DNA from: an uncultured Rickettsiales bacterium
GTDB taxonomy: Bacteria; Myxococcota_A; UBA796; UBA9615; CAYRNR01
DNA: 64,000 bases
Reading direction: 5' to 3'
Assembly (NCBI GenBank): GCA_964436045.1
Contig: CAYTBN010000006.1
Span: forward strand, 48,300 to 112,299
Made by a program: the position numbers and the translations under genes. Below are positions 28,006-38,873 of the stretch, in pieces. Every line of letters starts with the position of its first letter. The stretch's first letter is position 1. The notes under the pieces are model-generated. The model was not told the origin of the DNA. It saw only the letters and a list, made by a program, of their open reading frames with translations, and did not search any database.

Positions 28006-29969
28006 GCGCTATCTGTATTCGGGGAGAGACCCCGGGAGCCGGCCGTGGCACCCGGCATCCTCGCCGCTGGTGGATCGGCTCGCTGGCGTTCGTCGCGCTG
28101 ACTGCCTGCTCTCCCGACCCAGCGATGCCCGAACCGAAGACTTCGGTCCTGCTGGACCCCACGTTGGCCGACGGCTTCGCCTCGTTCCCATGGCCCTCGG
28201 ATGCCCGCCTGACCGTCGACGGCGCGCCGGATCTGACCCCCTTCCCCAACCACGGCGACGGCGATCTGATCGACGTGTACGTGGCCGCCGTCCATGCCCT
28301 GGTCCGCGGCGCGGGCACCAATCCGGTGATCCACCTGCGCTTCGACGGCGACCTGGATCACGTCACCTGGCCCTCCTCACCCGCCACGCTGGAGGTGACC
28401 AGTCCGGTTCAGCTGGTGAACGTCGATCCGGACAGCGCGGCGTTCGGCGAGCGGATCGCCCTCCAGATCGACTGGCAGGCTGAGGCGGGCACCTATACCG
28501 CCGCCCGGACGTTCTCGGCCTTCCCCGCCGCCGGTTTTGTGTTGCGACCAGAGACCACCTACGCGCTGGTGATCCTCGACTCGCTGGGGGACGCCGACCG
28601 CGCGCCGCTGGTGGTGCCCGAGACCCTCAGCGATTGGATCGGCGGTGCCGGCGACCTGGGCGAGGTCTACGCACCGCTGGGGGACGCCGCTCTCGCCGTG
28701 GGCATCGAGCCGACCGCCATCGCCGCCGCCACGGTGTTCACCACCGGGACCACCACCGCCGAGCTGCGGACGATCCGGGACTGGGTGGCGGACCCCGCGA
28801 AGCTGGACGCGCCGGAGGTGCTGAGCTTCGACCTGAGCTCCGACTACAACCTGTACGGCTTCTTGACGGTCTACGAGGGGACCTACGAGACGCCGATCTT
28901 CCAGCGCGGCGACCCCCCGTATTCCACCGAGGGCGGTGGCTTCGAGTTCGTCGACGGCGAGCCGGTTCTCCAGCGCCACGAGTCGCTGCGGTTCGCCGTC
29001 ACAGTGCCCACGGGCGAGCCACCGGACGATGGTTTCCCCGTCGTGCTCGCCCTGCCGGGGACCGGGGGCACCGTCTACGATCACTTCCATCCCAACTCCG
29101 CCACCGCCCAGGGGCAGTTGCTCTCGGCGCGGGGAGTGGCGACCCTGAGCTTCGAGCCCCCCCTGCACGGCAGCCGGGGTGAGGACAGCGGGGCCCAGCC
29201 GGACCTGCACAGCTACAACTTCTTCAATCCCGAATCGAGTCGCACGGTGTTCCGACAGGAGGCGGTCGACGCGTCGGTTGCGATCCGCTTCCTGCGGGAG
29301 TCGCTGGCGCCGGACCACCCGGAACTCGAGCTGGATACCGACCACCTGGCGTTCTTCGGCCACTCCCAGGGGGCCCATATCGGCATGATGCTGGCCGCGG
29401 TCGAACCCGAACTCGACACCGTGTTCGTCAACGGGATGGGCGGTACCATCGGCTACACCCTGCTGCACCGCAAGAGCCCCTTCGACATCGAAGAGATCCT
29501 GCGGGACGCCATCGGCGAGGAGGACGGTCCGCTGACCCTGTTCCATCCAGCGATGGGGCTGGCCCAGCTGCTGGCCGAGGTGGTCGATCCGATCAACTTC
29601 GCCCCCGAGTGGTATCTGCGGGCGGAGCCGGGTGAGGCGACCTCGGTGCTGCAGAGCAACGGGTTCCTCGATCACGCGACGCCCTTCCCGACGGTCAACG
29701 CCATCGCTGTGGCGTCCGGGACCCAGCTGGTGGAACCGGTGGAGTGGACCTTCTCGGAGATGGAGTGGCTGGAGCGCGAGAGCATCGAGCCGCCGTTCTC
29801 GGGCAACATCGAGGCCGCCGACGGGACCCCGGTGACCGCCGGTCTGATCACCCGCGCCAACCTGGGTCACTGGGTGGTCCAGGACGACTACTACACCGCC
29901 TGGACCGCCGCCGAGTTCCTGTCCACCGGCCTGTTCGAGGATCTGCCCACGGTCTGCGATTCGGAGTGA
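28002..29969 (+). CDS. Alpha/beta-hydrolase-fold lipoprotein
   Basis: TTG start overlaps the ferredoxin stop as TTGA. Lipobox LAFVALTAC. GHSQGA is the nucleophile elbow (GxSxG). Confidence 0.75.
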
Positions 29970-29972
29970 CCG

Positions 29973-31010
29973 GTGCGCCTGCTGTTCGACGTCCTCCACC
30001 CCGCCCACGTGCATTTCTTCCGGCCGCTGGCCGAAGAGGTTCGCGCGGGAGGGGGGGAGGTGCTGTTCGCAGCCCGCCGCAAGGAGGTCGCCGTCGAGCT
30101 GCTGCAGGCCTACGACCTGCCGTTCCGGGAGCTGTCCGCCATCGGCGGCGGACCGCTGGGTCTGGCCGGGGAGCTGGCCACGCGGTCGGCACGGCTGGCG
30201 TCGTTGTGCCGGGAGTTCCGGCCGGATGCCCTGCTGGGGATCATGGGGCCCTGTATCGCCCCGGTCGGCCGGCTGCTGGGGATCCCCTCGCTGGTCTGCT
30301 ACGACACCGAGACCGCGGGGGTCACCAACCGCTGGGTATTCCCCCTGGCCACAGCCGTGCTGACACCCCGCGCCTGGCGCGGCCGCCCGCGCCGCAACCA
30401 GCGGCAGTACGACGGCACGCAGGAGCTGGCCTATCTGCACCCCCGCCGGTTCACTCCCGATCCGTCGCGGCTGGTCCGAGCCGGGCTCACGCCGGGCGAG
30501 CCCTTCGCCCTGGTGCGCTTCGTCAGCTGGGAGGCCAGCCACGATCTGGGCGACCGGGGTTTTGTCGACCGGGAGGGGTTCGTCCGCGCGCTCGCCGCCC
30601 GGACCAAGACGGTGATCAGCAGCGAGCGCGGCGTGCCCGCATCCCTGGCCGATCGGGTGCTGGACCTGCCGCCGGCCGACCTGCACCATGCCCTCGCGGC
30701 CGCCTCGCTGGTGGTCGGTGAGGGGGCGACAACCGCCGCCGAGGCCGCCGTACTGGGGACCCCGGCGGTTTTTGTCCACACCGCCCGGCTGGGCTACATG
30801 GACGAGCTGGAGAATCGCTTCGGGCTGCTGTACCGGCGCACGCGCCAGGACGAGGCCTTGCGATTGAGCCTGGACCTGCTCGCCGATCCAGCCCAGACCG
30901 CCGCCACCTGGGCCCGCCGCCGCCAGCGCTTGCTGGAATCCTCGGTGGATGTCACCGACTGGCTGACCGCGACGGTGGCCGACGTGGTCGGCAGCCGTTC
31001 GGCGGAGTGA
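29973..31010 (+). CDS. DUF354 family protein (GT-B-like)
   Basis: MRLLFDVLHPAHVHFFRPL...GGEVLFAARRKEV..ELL..Y and LLGIPSLVCYDTE match my recollection of the DUF354 N-terminal consensus. Confidence 0.8.
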   Translation: MRLLFDVLHPAHVHFFRPLAEEVRAGGGEVLFAARRKEVAVELLQAYDLPFRELSAIGGGPLGLAGELATRSARLASLCREFRPDALLGIMGPCIAPVGRLLGIPSLVCYDTETAGVTNRWVFPLATAVLTPRAWRGRPRRNQRQYDGTQELAYLHPRRFTPDPSRLVRAGLTPGEPFALVRFVSWEASHDLGDRGFVDREGFVRALAARTKTVISSERGVPASLADRVLDLPPADLHHALAAASLVVGEGATTAAEAAVLGTPAVFVHTARLGYMDELENRFGLLYRRTRQDEALRLSLDLLADPAQTAATWARRRQRLLESSVDVTDWLTATVADVVGSRSAE

Positions 31011-31057
31011 GTCCTCGTGCTACCCTTCCCCCTTCGGGACCAACGGGAGGAGACTCC

Positions 31058-32713
31058 ATGCGTCGCTTGACCACTGCCTGGGTTCTGCTCGTCCTCCTGT
31101 GGGCGGCGCCCGCCTGGGGTGCGGGGCTGTTCACTCCGGACACCGGCATCGTCGCCGCGGGGAGGGCGGGGGCCTTCGTCGCCACCGCGAACGACGGCCT
31201 GGCCCTGTACTACAACCCGGCCGGTCTGCACCTGATGAACGGGCTGCAACTGCGCGGCGGGCTGATGGGATTGCAGAACCCGGTCACCTTCCGGCGCGGC
31301 GGCGGCGAGGGCCGGTACAAGCTCGACGACAACGGCGATTACCTGATCGACGGCACAGGCGGCCCGGACGTGGGCGGCCCCTTCACCGAGGTGAGCAACC
31401 AGGACAGCTTCCGGCCGATCCCGGAGTACTCGCTGTCCTACGGTTTCGAGGATCCGGACCTGACCATCGCCATGGGGCTCTACGCGCCGCTGGCGCCCTG
31501 GATCTCCTATCCGCTCTACGGCGCCAACCGCTACCGGCTGACCAAGCTGCGGCTGATCCAGGGCAACTTCGCCCTCGGGCTGGGCTGGCGACTGCCCGCG
31601 CCTCTGGACTTCATCGCCATCGGCGGCAGCTTCCAGATCATCTACATCTCGATGAAGCAGGACTTCTGGGCCTCGTCGGACATCGAGAATCTCGACGTCG
31701 ACGTCAACCCCGAGCATCCCCAGTGGGACACGCTGACCCAGTTCGAGGCGCAGCAGTGGCAGCCGTCGTGGAACGCCGGGCTGATGATCATCCCCCATCA
31801 CACGATGCGGATCGGCCTGTCGTTCTCGCCCCAGTACACGTTCCGCGGCAGTGGCTCAGCCAGCCTGTCCGGCGAACTCGGCGGGGAATACCTGGAGCAG
31901 ATCGGCGAGGAGTACGGACAGTTCTTGGAGCTGGCCGGCATCGACCTGGATACCTCGCCCCTGAACCTGATGGGGGTCGACGACGACATCACCGTCACCA
32001 CCAAGCAGCCGGCGATCCTGCGGGCCGGGGTGATGGTCGAGCCCACCAGCTGGCTCAACCTGGAGCTGGCCGGCACCATCGACTTCTGGTCGCGGGCGGA
32101 CGCCATCGTCGGCTCGGACGTGGAGGTGCCCCTCCAGGATTGCGACGAGAACGGCGACTGCCAGCCCATCGTCGACGAGATCAAGGGCCGCACCGATCCC
32201 ATCGACCCCTGCGTTGGCGGCGACGGCGTCGAGCTGGTGGAGTGTGGTTCGCTGGACACGTACAAGGGCACCGACGGCGAGGGTTCGTTCCGGCTCCCCC
32301 AGGGCTGGAAGAACGCCTACAGCATCCGCTTCGGGGGTGAGATCCAGCCGATCCCCGACCGGCTCGGCATCCGCTTCGGCTACGCCTTCGAGTCCAGCGC
32401 GATCCCGGACGCGACCCTGAACCTGACCATGTTCGACAGCAACAAGCACATGGTCGGCGTCGGCGTCTCTGGCCGCTTCGAGGGCTTCGAGATCCACTTC
32501 TCCTACGCCCACATCTTCTACACACCCCGCACCATCACCGCCGAGGTCGCCGAGGGTACCCACATCGGCCTCGAGGCCACCGTGGTCGGCGACATCGACG
32601 ACGGCGATTACAGCGGAAGCGCCGACATCATCGGCCTGGCCCTGGGCCTCGACTTCACCACCCTGCACCGCAACGCCAAGGCCAAGAAGGCGTCCGCCTC
32701 GCGGATCTACTGA
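31058..32713 (+). CDS. Outer-membrane transport protein, OMPP1/FadL/TodX family
   Basis: ATG 31058 follows a GGAGGAG SD. A signal peptide is present, along with GRAGAFVATANDGLALYYNPAGL (the NPA motif region) and a beta-barrel pattern ending in aromatic residues. Confidence 0.85.
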   Translation: MRRLTTAWVLLVLLWAAPAWGAGLFTPDTGIVAAGRAGAFVATANDGLALYYNPAGLHLMNGLQLRGGLMGLQNPVTFRRGGGEGRYKLDDNGDYLIDGTGGPDVGGPFTEVSNQDSFRPIPEYSLSYGFEDPDLTIAMGLYAPLAPWISYPLYGANRYRLTKLRLIQGNFALGLGWRLPAPLDFIAIGGSFQIIYISMKQDFWASSDIENLDVDVNPEHPQWDTLTQFEAQQWQPSWNAGLMIIPHHTMRIGLSFSPQYTFRGSGSASLSGELGGEYLEQIGEEYGQFLELAGIDLDTSPLNLMGVDDDITVTTKQPAILRAGVMVEPTSWLNLELAGTIDFWSRADAIVGSDVEVPLQDCDENGDCQPIVDEIKGRTDPIDPCVGGDGVELVECGSLDTYKGTDGEGSFRLPQGWKNAYSIRFGGEIQPIPDRLGIRFGYAFESSAIPDATLNLTMFDSNKHMVGVGVSGRFEGFEIHFSYAHIFYTPRTITAEVAEGTHIGLEATVVGDIDDGDYSGSADIIGLALGLDFTTLHRNAKAKKASASRIY

Positions 32714-32725
32714 TCCCGGCCCGCC

Positions 32726-33766
32726 TCAGGCCACCGGCAGTCGCAGCCGAAAGGTCGCGCCATCGCCGGGCTGACTGTCGGCCTCCACCGTGCCGCCCGA
32801 CTCCTCGACGAGGGTCCTGACCTGGGCGCAGCCGAGGCCGGCGGCGTCGGGGCGGGGGCGGGTGGTGAAGCCCGGCTCGAAGACGTGGGGGAGGGCGGCC
32901 GGGGCGATACCCTCGCCGTTGTCGCGGACCTCGATGACCACGGCCCGGGGGGCGTCGCCCTCTGGCTCCGCGTAGGCCGACAGGGTCAGGGTGCCCCCCG
33001 AGGGCATCGCCTCGCGGGCGTTGGCGGCCAGGTAGAGCACGGCGTCGTGGAGGCGTGCCGGGTCGCAATGAATCCGCGGCATGTCCTGCTGGGCGAGGAC
33101 CTCGAGTTGGATGCTGCGGCCGACCATCGTGCGCAGCAGATCCCGGGACTGGAGCAGGAAGGCCAGCACCTGCACCTCGGCGACCCGCGGTGGGTCGCCC
33201 CGGGCGGAGCGGGTCAGGTGCTCGGTCATCGACGTGGCCTGTTCGGCGGCGATGATGATGCGGTCGATGGCGCGCCGCTCAAGGCCGTCCAGGCGGGGGC
33301 TGGTCTCCAGGGCCGAGGCGTAGCCGGCGACCACCGTCAGTAGATTGTTGAAGGTGTGGGCCACCGCCGCGGTGAGCTGACCGAGGGCGCGCAGGCGCCG
33401 CACCTGGGCTTCGGCGGCGGCCTGGGCCTCGGTCAGGCGTGCGCGTGTTTCCCGGCGTCGTTCGCGCTCGGTGAGCAAGTCCAGAGCCAGCGCGTCGGCC
33501 CGGCGACGGACCTCCGCCCGGTCGTCGCCAGAGTCCGTGGGCAGGTGTTCGAGCAGGGCGTCTCGCAGGCGGTGGACCGTCCTGAGGAGCTGGGGTTCGG
33601 GGACGCCCGCGAAGGGCAGGATGCCCTCCACTCGTGCCGTGGGTGGATCGGCGGAGAGACCGTCGAGCAGGGCAGCGGCCGCCCCGGGCTCACACCCGTC
33701 CGGATCGCAGGCCCGCGCCAGCTCCCCGCGATGGTCGTCCAGAATCCCCCGCCAGCCGCCAGCCAA
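32726..33766 (-). CDS. Soluble sensor histidine kinase (HisKA plus HATPase_c)
   Basis: H-box LTAAVAHTFNNLLTVV, N-box LAANAREAM, and G-boxes DNGEGI / GLGCAQV. No TM segments. Confidence 0.85.
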   Translation of the reverse strand: MAGGWRGILDDHRGELARACDPDGCEPGAAAALLDGLSADPPTARVEGILPFAGVPEPQLLRTVHRLRDALLEHLPTDSGDDRAEVRRRADALALDLLTERERRRETRARLTEAQAAAEAQVRRLRALGQLTAAVAHTFNNLLTVVAGYASALETSPRLDGLERRAIDRIIIAAEQATSMTEHLTRSARGDPPRVAEVQVLAFLLQSRDLLRTMVGRSIQLEVLAQQDMPRIHCDPARLHDAVLYLAANAREAMPSGGTLTLSAYAEPEGDAPRAVVIEVRDNGEGIAPAALPHVFEPGFTTRPRPDAAGLGCAQVRTLVEESGGTVEADSQPGDGATFRLRLPVA

Positions 33767-33882
33767 TCGCGCCTCCTCATTTCAGTATCCCAGGTCCCCG
33801 ATACGGGTGCCACGTCGTGGCACCCGACCTTGTGGCAGGTAACCTAATGGCTAACTAGACTGGGGGCGAGGAGCGGTGCGGG

Positions 33883-35376
33883 ATGCGAGCGGACTACCTG
33901 GGATCGGGAATCGGGATCCTGGCGCTGGGGTGCCTGGGGATCGCGGGCGTGGCCGGGGCCCAGGTGAGCCCCCACGCCCGCCTGCTGGAGACCCATCGGT
34001 TCGACGTGCCGTTTACCGAGGTGGCCGCCTTGCCCGACGAGGTCCTGGCCGCCGCCCTCGAATGGGAGGGGGCCTGGGCGCAACCCGGGGCGAGCCGCGC
34101 CCGGGCGGCGCGGGGTTCGCGGTCGGACCTGGAGGTGATCGGGTACCTGCCGTCGTGGGTCGATGCCGGCATCGACGGGCTGCGCTTCGACGTGCTGACC
34201 CAGGTCAACTACTTCTCGCTGGAGATGGATAGCTCGGGCGACATCGAGTACTCCCACGGCTGGGGGGGGTCGGCCAGCGATCAACTGATCACCGCCGCCC
34301 ACGCCGAGGGCTGCCGGGTACTGGTCACGGTCACCAACTTCAGCTCCTCGAGCCTGAACACCCTGCTGAGCAGTCCGTCGAACCGCGCCAACGCCGTCGA
34401 CACCCTGGTCGACGAGGTGCTGAGCGGTGGCGGCGACGGGGTCGACGTGGACTTCGAGGCGATGAGCAGCGGCAACAAGGAGGACCTGGTGGCCTTCATG
34501 CAGGAGCTGCAGGCTGGCCTCGAGGCGGCGATGGCCAACCCCTGGCTGACCCTGGCCACTCCGGCGGTCGACTGGAGCGGGGCCTACGACTACGACGAGC
34601 TGATGTATGCCTCCAACGGCCTGTTCATCATGGGCTATGGCTACCACTACTCGGGCGGTGATCCCGGGCCCAACTCGCCCAAGTACGGCAGCAACCTCTG
34701 GGGGAGCTACTCGCTGGACTGGACACTCGAGGACTACATCGAGTGGGGGGGCGAGGCCAACCGTCACGAGGTCTACATGGGGCTGCCGCTGTACGGCCGC
34801 GACTGGCCGTCGGTGTCCGATGACATTCCGGGCGAGGCCACCGAAGACGGCTCGTCGGTCGTCTACACCTCGGCCGTGTCCAACGCCCAGCAGTACGGGC
34901 GCCAGTGGGAGCCCGAGTCGGATACCCCCTACTACATGTACGAGTCCCAGGGCTGGCACCAGACCTGGTACGACGACGACGAGTCGGTGCTGTCGAAGAT
35001 CGAGCTCGTCGACGAACACGACATAGGCGGCTTCGGCTTCTGGGCGCTGCAGTTCGATGGCAACGATCCGCTGCTGTGGGACGAACTGGCCGTCATGGTC
35101 GGTGACGACGACGACGACACGGGCGACGACGACACGGGCGACGACGACACGGGTGACGACGACACGGTCGGCGATGACGACACCGTTGGCGACGACGACA
35201 CGGGCGGCGACGACGACGACGGGATCGGCCACCCGCCACCCCGGGTGACCGCCGCGTACGACGACGATGCCGGCTGCGCCTGCGCGGCACCCGCGCCCGC
35301 GAACCGCCAGCTCGCCCTCGCGCTGGGCGCCCTCCCCCTGCTGTGGCTCCGCCGCCGACCGTCCCGACCGGCTTGA
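33883..35376 (+). CDS. Glycoside hydrolase family 18 (chitinase-like) with a DDDT linker and a MYXO-CTERM-like tail
   Basis: GGDGVDVDFE is the catalytic DxxDxDxE motif. A signal peptide is present. The C-terminus is GCACAAP...LALGALPLLWLRRRP. Confidence 0.85.
   Translation: MRADYLGSGIGILALGCLGIAGVAGAQVSPHARLLETHRFDVPFTEVAALPDEVLAAALEWEGAWAQPGASRARAARGSRSDLEVIGYLPSWVDAGIDGLRFDVLTQVNYFSLEMDSSGDIEYSHGWGGSASDQLITAAHAEGCRVLVTVTNFSSSSLNTLLSSPSNRANAVDTLVDEVLSGGGDGVDVDFEAMSSGNKEDLVAFMQELQAGLEAAMANPWLTLATPAVDWSGAYDYDELMYASNGLFIMGYGYHYSGGDPGPNSPKYGSNLWGSYSLDWTLEDYIEWGGEANRHEVYMGLPLYGRDWPSVSDDIPGEATEDGSSVVYTSAVSNAQQYGRQWEPESDTPYYMYESQGWHQTWYDDDESVLSKIELVDEHDIGGFGFWALQFDGNDPLLWDELAVMVGDDDDDTGDDDTGDDDTGDDDTVGDDDTVGDDDTGGDDDDGIGHPPPRVTAAYDDDAGCACAAPAPANRQLALALGALPLLWLRRRPSRPA
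35101..35223 (+). repeat. In-frame 15/18-nt tandem repeat encoding (GDDDT)n
   Basis: ggcgacgacgacacg-type units encode DDDDDTGDDDTGDDDTGDDDTVGDDDTVGDDDTGGDDDD. Confidence 0.9.
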
Positions 35377-35464
35377 CACCAGCGCGCGTGCTATTAACCT
35401 ATCTCGCCGCGGGATGAACCCTCCGTCCGGGGTGTTCACGCCAGCACACCACGAGGAGCCGACG

Positions 35465-36448
35465 ATGATCGAGGTCCAGGGACTGACCAAGATCTACGGA
35501 GCGCTGACGGCGGTCCGCGACGTGTCGTTCTCTGCCGCCGACGGGGAGGTCCTGGGTTTCCTGGGTCCCAACGGCGCCGGCAAGACGACGACCATGCGGA
35601 TCCTGGCCGGCTCGCTGGGGGCCACCAAGGGTACGGCCAGCGTGGCGGGCTACGAGGTCCACAAGCACCCCAAGGAGGTCAAGCGACGGTTGGGCTACAT
35701 GCCCGAGTTTCCGCCGCTGTACCTGAGCATGGACGTGCGCGGGTACCTGGCGTTCGCGGCCAAGATCAAAGGAGTGCCGGGGTCGAAGCGGACCGCCGCC
35801 GTCGACCGGGCCCTGGAGCTGTGCGGGCTGGGCGCGGCCCGCAAACGGGTCATCGGCCAGCTCTCCAAGGGGTACCGCCAGCGGGTGGGCTTGGCCCAGG
35901 CGCTGGTCCACGAGCCCCGCTACCTGATCCTCGACGAACCCACCAGCGGCCTGGATCCGGCTCAGATCTCCGACGTCCGCGACGTGATCAAGGGGCTGGG
36001 TGGCGAGCACACGGTGTTGCTGTCGACCCACATCCTCCACGAGGTGACGATGACCTGCGACCGGGTCGTGATCATCGACCGCGGCCGGATCGTGGCCCAG
36101 GACACCGAGCAGAAGCTGGCCGAGCGGGTGGAGAGCGAGCGCCACGTGACCGTGCAGCTGGCCAGGCCCGGCGAGGACTGCCTGGCCCAGCTGGAGCACA
36201 TCGAGGGTGTCCTCGGGGTCCAGTCCGTCGGTGACGACCGCTTCCGGCTGGACACCGGCCCCAACGACCTGCGCGAGGTCATCGCCCGCGAGGTGGTCGA
36301 CAGCGGCCTCGGGCTGATCGAGCTGCGCGAAGAGGTGGCAACGCTGGAGGACATCTATCTCCAGCTGGTGGGAGCGGGTGTGGTGCCCGCCCCCGTGTCC
36401 CCGCAGCCGGCAGCCGTCGAGCCCGTCGGCGAGGAGGTGTCGCCGTGA
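35465..36448 (+). CDS. ABC transporter ATP-binding protein (GldA-like)
   Basis: ATG 35465 follows a GGAG SD. Walker A GPNGAGKTT, signature LSKGYRQR, Walker B LILDEPTSGLD. Confidence 0.9.
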   Translation: MIEVQGLTKIYGALTAVRDVSFSAADGEVLGFLGPNGAGKTTTMRILAGSLGATKGTASVAGYEVHKHPKEVKRRLGYMPEFPPLYLSMDVRGYLAFAAKIKGVPGSKRTAAVDRALELCGLGAARKRVIGQLSKGYRQRVGLAQALVHEPRYLILDEPTSGLDPAQISDVRDVIKGLGGEHTVLLSTHILHEVTMTCDRVVIIDRGRIVAQDTEQKLAERVESERHVTVQLARPGEDCLAQLEHIEGVLGVQSVGDDRFRLDTGPNDLREVIAREVVDSGLGLIELREEVATLEDIYLQLVGAGVVPAPVSPQPAAVEPVGEEVSP

Positions 36449-37215
36449 GCAATGCACTGCACATCGCCGGCCGGGAGCTGCGGGTCTACGTGTCCAGCCC
36501 GTGGACCTACGTGGTACTGGCCGCGGCGGTGTTCATCCTCGGCTTCTTCTTCGGCGGGCAAGTGGCCTGGTTCGCCGACCTCTGCCAGCGGCCGCCCTCC
36601 GGCTACATGGGCCCGGCTCACTTCAACCTGCACACCGACGTGGTCGACCCCTTCGTCGGCGTCAGCGGCATCATCCTGATCTTCCTGATCCCCGTGCTGA
36701 CCATGCACCTGATCGCCGGGGAGCGGCGCCAGCGCTCCATCGAGCTGCTGCTGACCTCCCCGGTGTCGTCGTGGGAGATCGTGGCGGGCAAGTTCCTCGG
36801 CGCGATGGGGTTGTTCGGCATCATGCTGGCGCTGCTGGGGTACGCGCCGGTCGTGCTGTATGCCTGGGGCGAGCCGGACACACCGGTGATGTTGACCAGC
36901 CTGCTCGGGCTGGCGCTGATCGGCGCCTGCTACGTGTCGGTGGGGATCGCCGCCAGCTCGATGACCGAGAACATGATCGTGTCGGCGATCCTGGGCATCG
37001 TGACGCTGCTGATGGTGTGGGTGATCGAGATCGGCACGGTGGTCACCCAGACCGAGTGGATCCAGAGCACCATCGAGTACATCTCGCTGGTGCGTCACCT
37101 CGAGAGCTTCACCAGCGGGCGGATCGATACCCGCGATCTGATCTACCTATTGAGTTTCTGTCTGTTCTTCCTCTTCCTCGGCCAGCAGCGGGTCGAGGCG
37201 CTGCGGTCGAGATAG
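36445..37215 (+). CDS. ABC-2 type permease (GldF-like)
   Basis: GTG start overlaps the ATPase stop. 256 aa with about 6 TM helices, in an ABC-2 arrangement. Confidence 0.8.
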   Translation: MSNALHIAGRELRVYVSSPWTYVVLAAAVFILGFFFGGQVAWFADLCQRPPSGYMGPAHFNLHTDVVDPFVGVSGIILIFLIPVLTMHLIAGERRQRSIELLLTSPVSSWEIVAGKFLGAMGLFGIMLALLGYAPVVLYAWGEPDTPVMLTSLLGLALIGACYVSVGIAASSMTENMIVSAILGIVTLLMVWVIEIGTVVTQTEWIQSTIEYISLVRHLESFTSGRIDTRDLIYLLSFCLFFLFLGQQRVEALRSR

Positions 37216-37225
37216 GGGGCTGACG

Positions 37226-38866
37226 ATGCGCGATTCCCTTCCCTGGATCGGCCGCGTCCTCGGCGCCCTCGGTGTCGTGGCGGGCCTCGTGTTCGCGATG
37301 CTGCAGATGCTGAGCCTGATGGCGGGGTTCGCACCGTCGTGGGTGATGTACTTCGGCATCGGTTCGATCGTGCTGCTGGCGGTGTGGATCTACCTGGACT
37401 GGGATCCCATCGTCCGGGTCGTCGCCCGGCGGGGCACCGTCGGACAGCTGGTGTCCTGGCTGCTCGTACTGCTGGTGGGCGGCATCCTGGTGCTGGCCAA
37501 CTTCCTGTCCTCGCGGCACTACTGGGAGAAGGACATCACCGAGGGTTCGATCCACTCCCTGTCCGGCGAGGCGGTCGGCGTACTGACGGCCCTGGATCAG
37601 CCGGTGGCCATCACCGGTTTTTATCGCCAGATGGACTCTTCCGGCGACGCGATCCGGCAGCGAGATACCTTCCGCAAGCTCACCGAGCGCCTCCAGCTCC
37701 ATAGCGAGCTGCTGACCGTCGAGCTGATCGATCCGGACATCGAACCGCGGCTGGCGATGGACCGCAGCGTCTTCCAGAATGGCGTGGTGTTCATCGAGTG
37801 TGGAGATCGCGAGGAGCGGATCATCCTACCCGACGAGAACGACCTGACCAACGCGTTGATCAAGGCCACCCGGGATGACCGCAAGACGATCTACTTCCTG
37901 GCAGGTCACGGCGAGCACACCATTCACGGGATGGAATCCGACGGGTACAGCGAGCTGCGTGAGCGGCTGGGCCAGAGCGGCTTCGAGCTGCAGGAGCTCG
38001 AGCTGTTCAAGACCGGCGTGGTCCCCGCGGACGCGGATGCCCTGGTGATCGCCGGACCGACCGCGCCGCTGCTGCCCACCGAGGTCGAGCTGATTCGCGA
38101 GTTCGTCGAGGTCCGCGGCGGCGGGCTGATGGTGCTGGTGAACCCGGGCACCGAGAGCGGTCTCGACGAGCAGCTGGCGGCCTGGGGGATCGAGCTGGGC
38201 CGCAACCTGGTGGTGGACGTGGACCCGATGCGGCTGACTCTGGTGGGGGACTACACCACCATCTTCGCCGAGCCCGGCTTCCACGAGATCACCCGCGAGC
38301 TCGAGGTGCCGGCGATCCTCGGGGGCACGCGCACCGTGCGGCCCACAGCCGACCGGGAGCATGGCGCGGAGCTCTTGCAGACCGGCAAGGCGGCCTGGGC
38401 GGAGACGGACCTGGAGTCCCTGGAGGCGGCCTTCGACGCCGAGGTGGACGAGATGGGGCCGCTGGCGGTGGGTGCTGTAGTCGAGGTGCCCCGGACTGCG
38501 GGCTCCCCGCCGTCCTCCGGCGACGACGACTCGGCCGAGGACGACGCGGCCGATGCCCAGGCGGGCCACGACCACGCCGCGGACGACGACGAGCCGCGAG
38601 CCCCGGTGATCGTCTTCGGGGACAGCGACTTCGCCGCCAACGGTTCGTTCTCGCTGTTCGGCAACTCCGATCTGGTGCTCAACAGCGTCAGCTACCTGGT
38701 GCACGAAGAGGACCTGATCACCATCCGGGCCCGGGACGAAGAGGACCGGCCGCTGATGATGACCGGCCTGCAGGTGGCGCTGGTGATGGTGATCGCGGTG
38801 CCCGGGGTCACCTTGTTGGTGATCGGCGCCGGAGTGGTGGCCTGGATCCGGCGGATGGCCCGCTGA
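37226..38866 (+). CDS. GldG-like ABC transporter auxiliary component
   Basis: N- and C-terminal TM anchors, and a large exported domain with LTALDQPVAITGFY and TIYFLAGHGEH motifs typical of the ABC_transp_aux/GldG family. Confidence 0.75.
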   Translation: MRDSLPWIGRVLGALGVVAGLVFAMLQMLSLMAGFAPSWVMYFGIGSIVLLAVWIYLDWDPIVRVVARRGTVGQLVSWLLVLLVGGILVLANFLSSRHYWEKDITEGSIHSLSGEAVGVLTALDQPVAITGFYRQMDSSGDAIRQRDTFRKLTERLQLHSELLTVELIDPDIEPRLAMDRSVFQNGVVFIECGDREERIILPDENDLTNALIKATRDDRKTIYFLAGHGEHTIHGMESDGYSELRERLGQSGFELQELELFKTGVVPADADALVIAGPTAPLLPTEVELIREFVEVRGGGLMVLVNPGTESGLDEQLAAWGIELGRNLVVDVDPMRLTLVGDYTTIFAEPGFHEITRELEVPAILGGTRTVRPTADREHGAELLQTGKAAWAETDLESLEAAFDAEVDEMGPLAVGAVVEVPRTAGSPPSSGDDDSAEDDAADAQAGHDHAADDDEPRAPVIVFGDSDFAANGSFSLFGNSDLVLNSVSYLVHEEDLITIRARDEEDRPLMMTGLQVALVMVIAVPGVTLLVIGAGVVAWIRRMAR

Positions 38867-38873
38867 CAGCTTC

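Noticed and set aside
28377-30779. An 800-aa minus-strand ORF antisense to the hydrolase and DUF354 genes. Similar long shadow ORFs occur at 1172-2488, 6743-8122, 16441-18444, 22911-24971 (apart from its last 77 codons), 25143-26840, 33844-35490, 55662-57581 and 61074-62240.
   Set aside because: Their translations are low-complexity and R/G/P/H-rich with no motifs. Each lies opposite or out of frame to a gene with clear family signatures.
33821-33840. A sigma-54-like TGGCACccgaccTTGT before the GH18 gene, and a similar TGGAACcgcgTTGC near 7097-7110 before the CaCA gene.
   Set aside because: The GG to GC spacing is off by one nucleotide in both, and the -24/-12 spacing is normally invariant.
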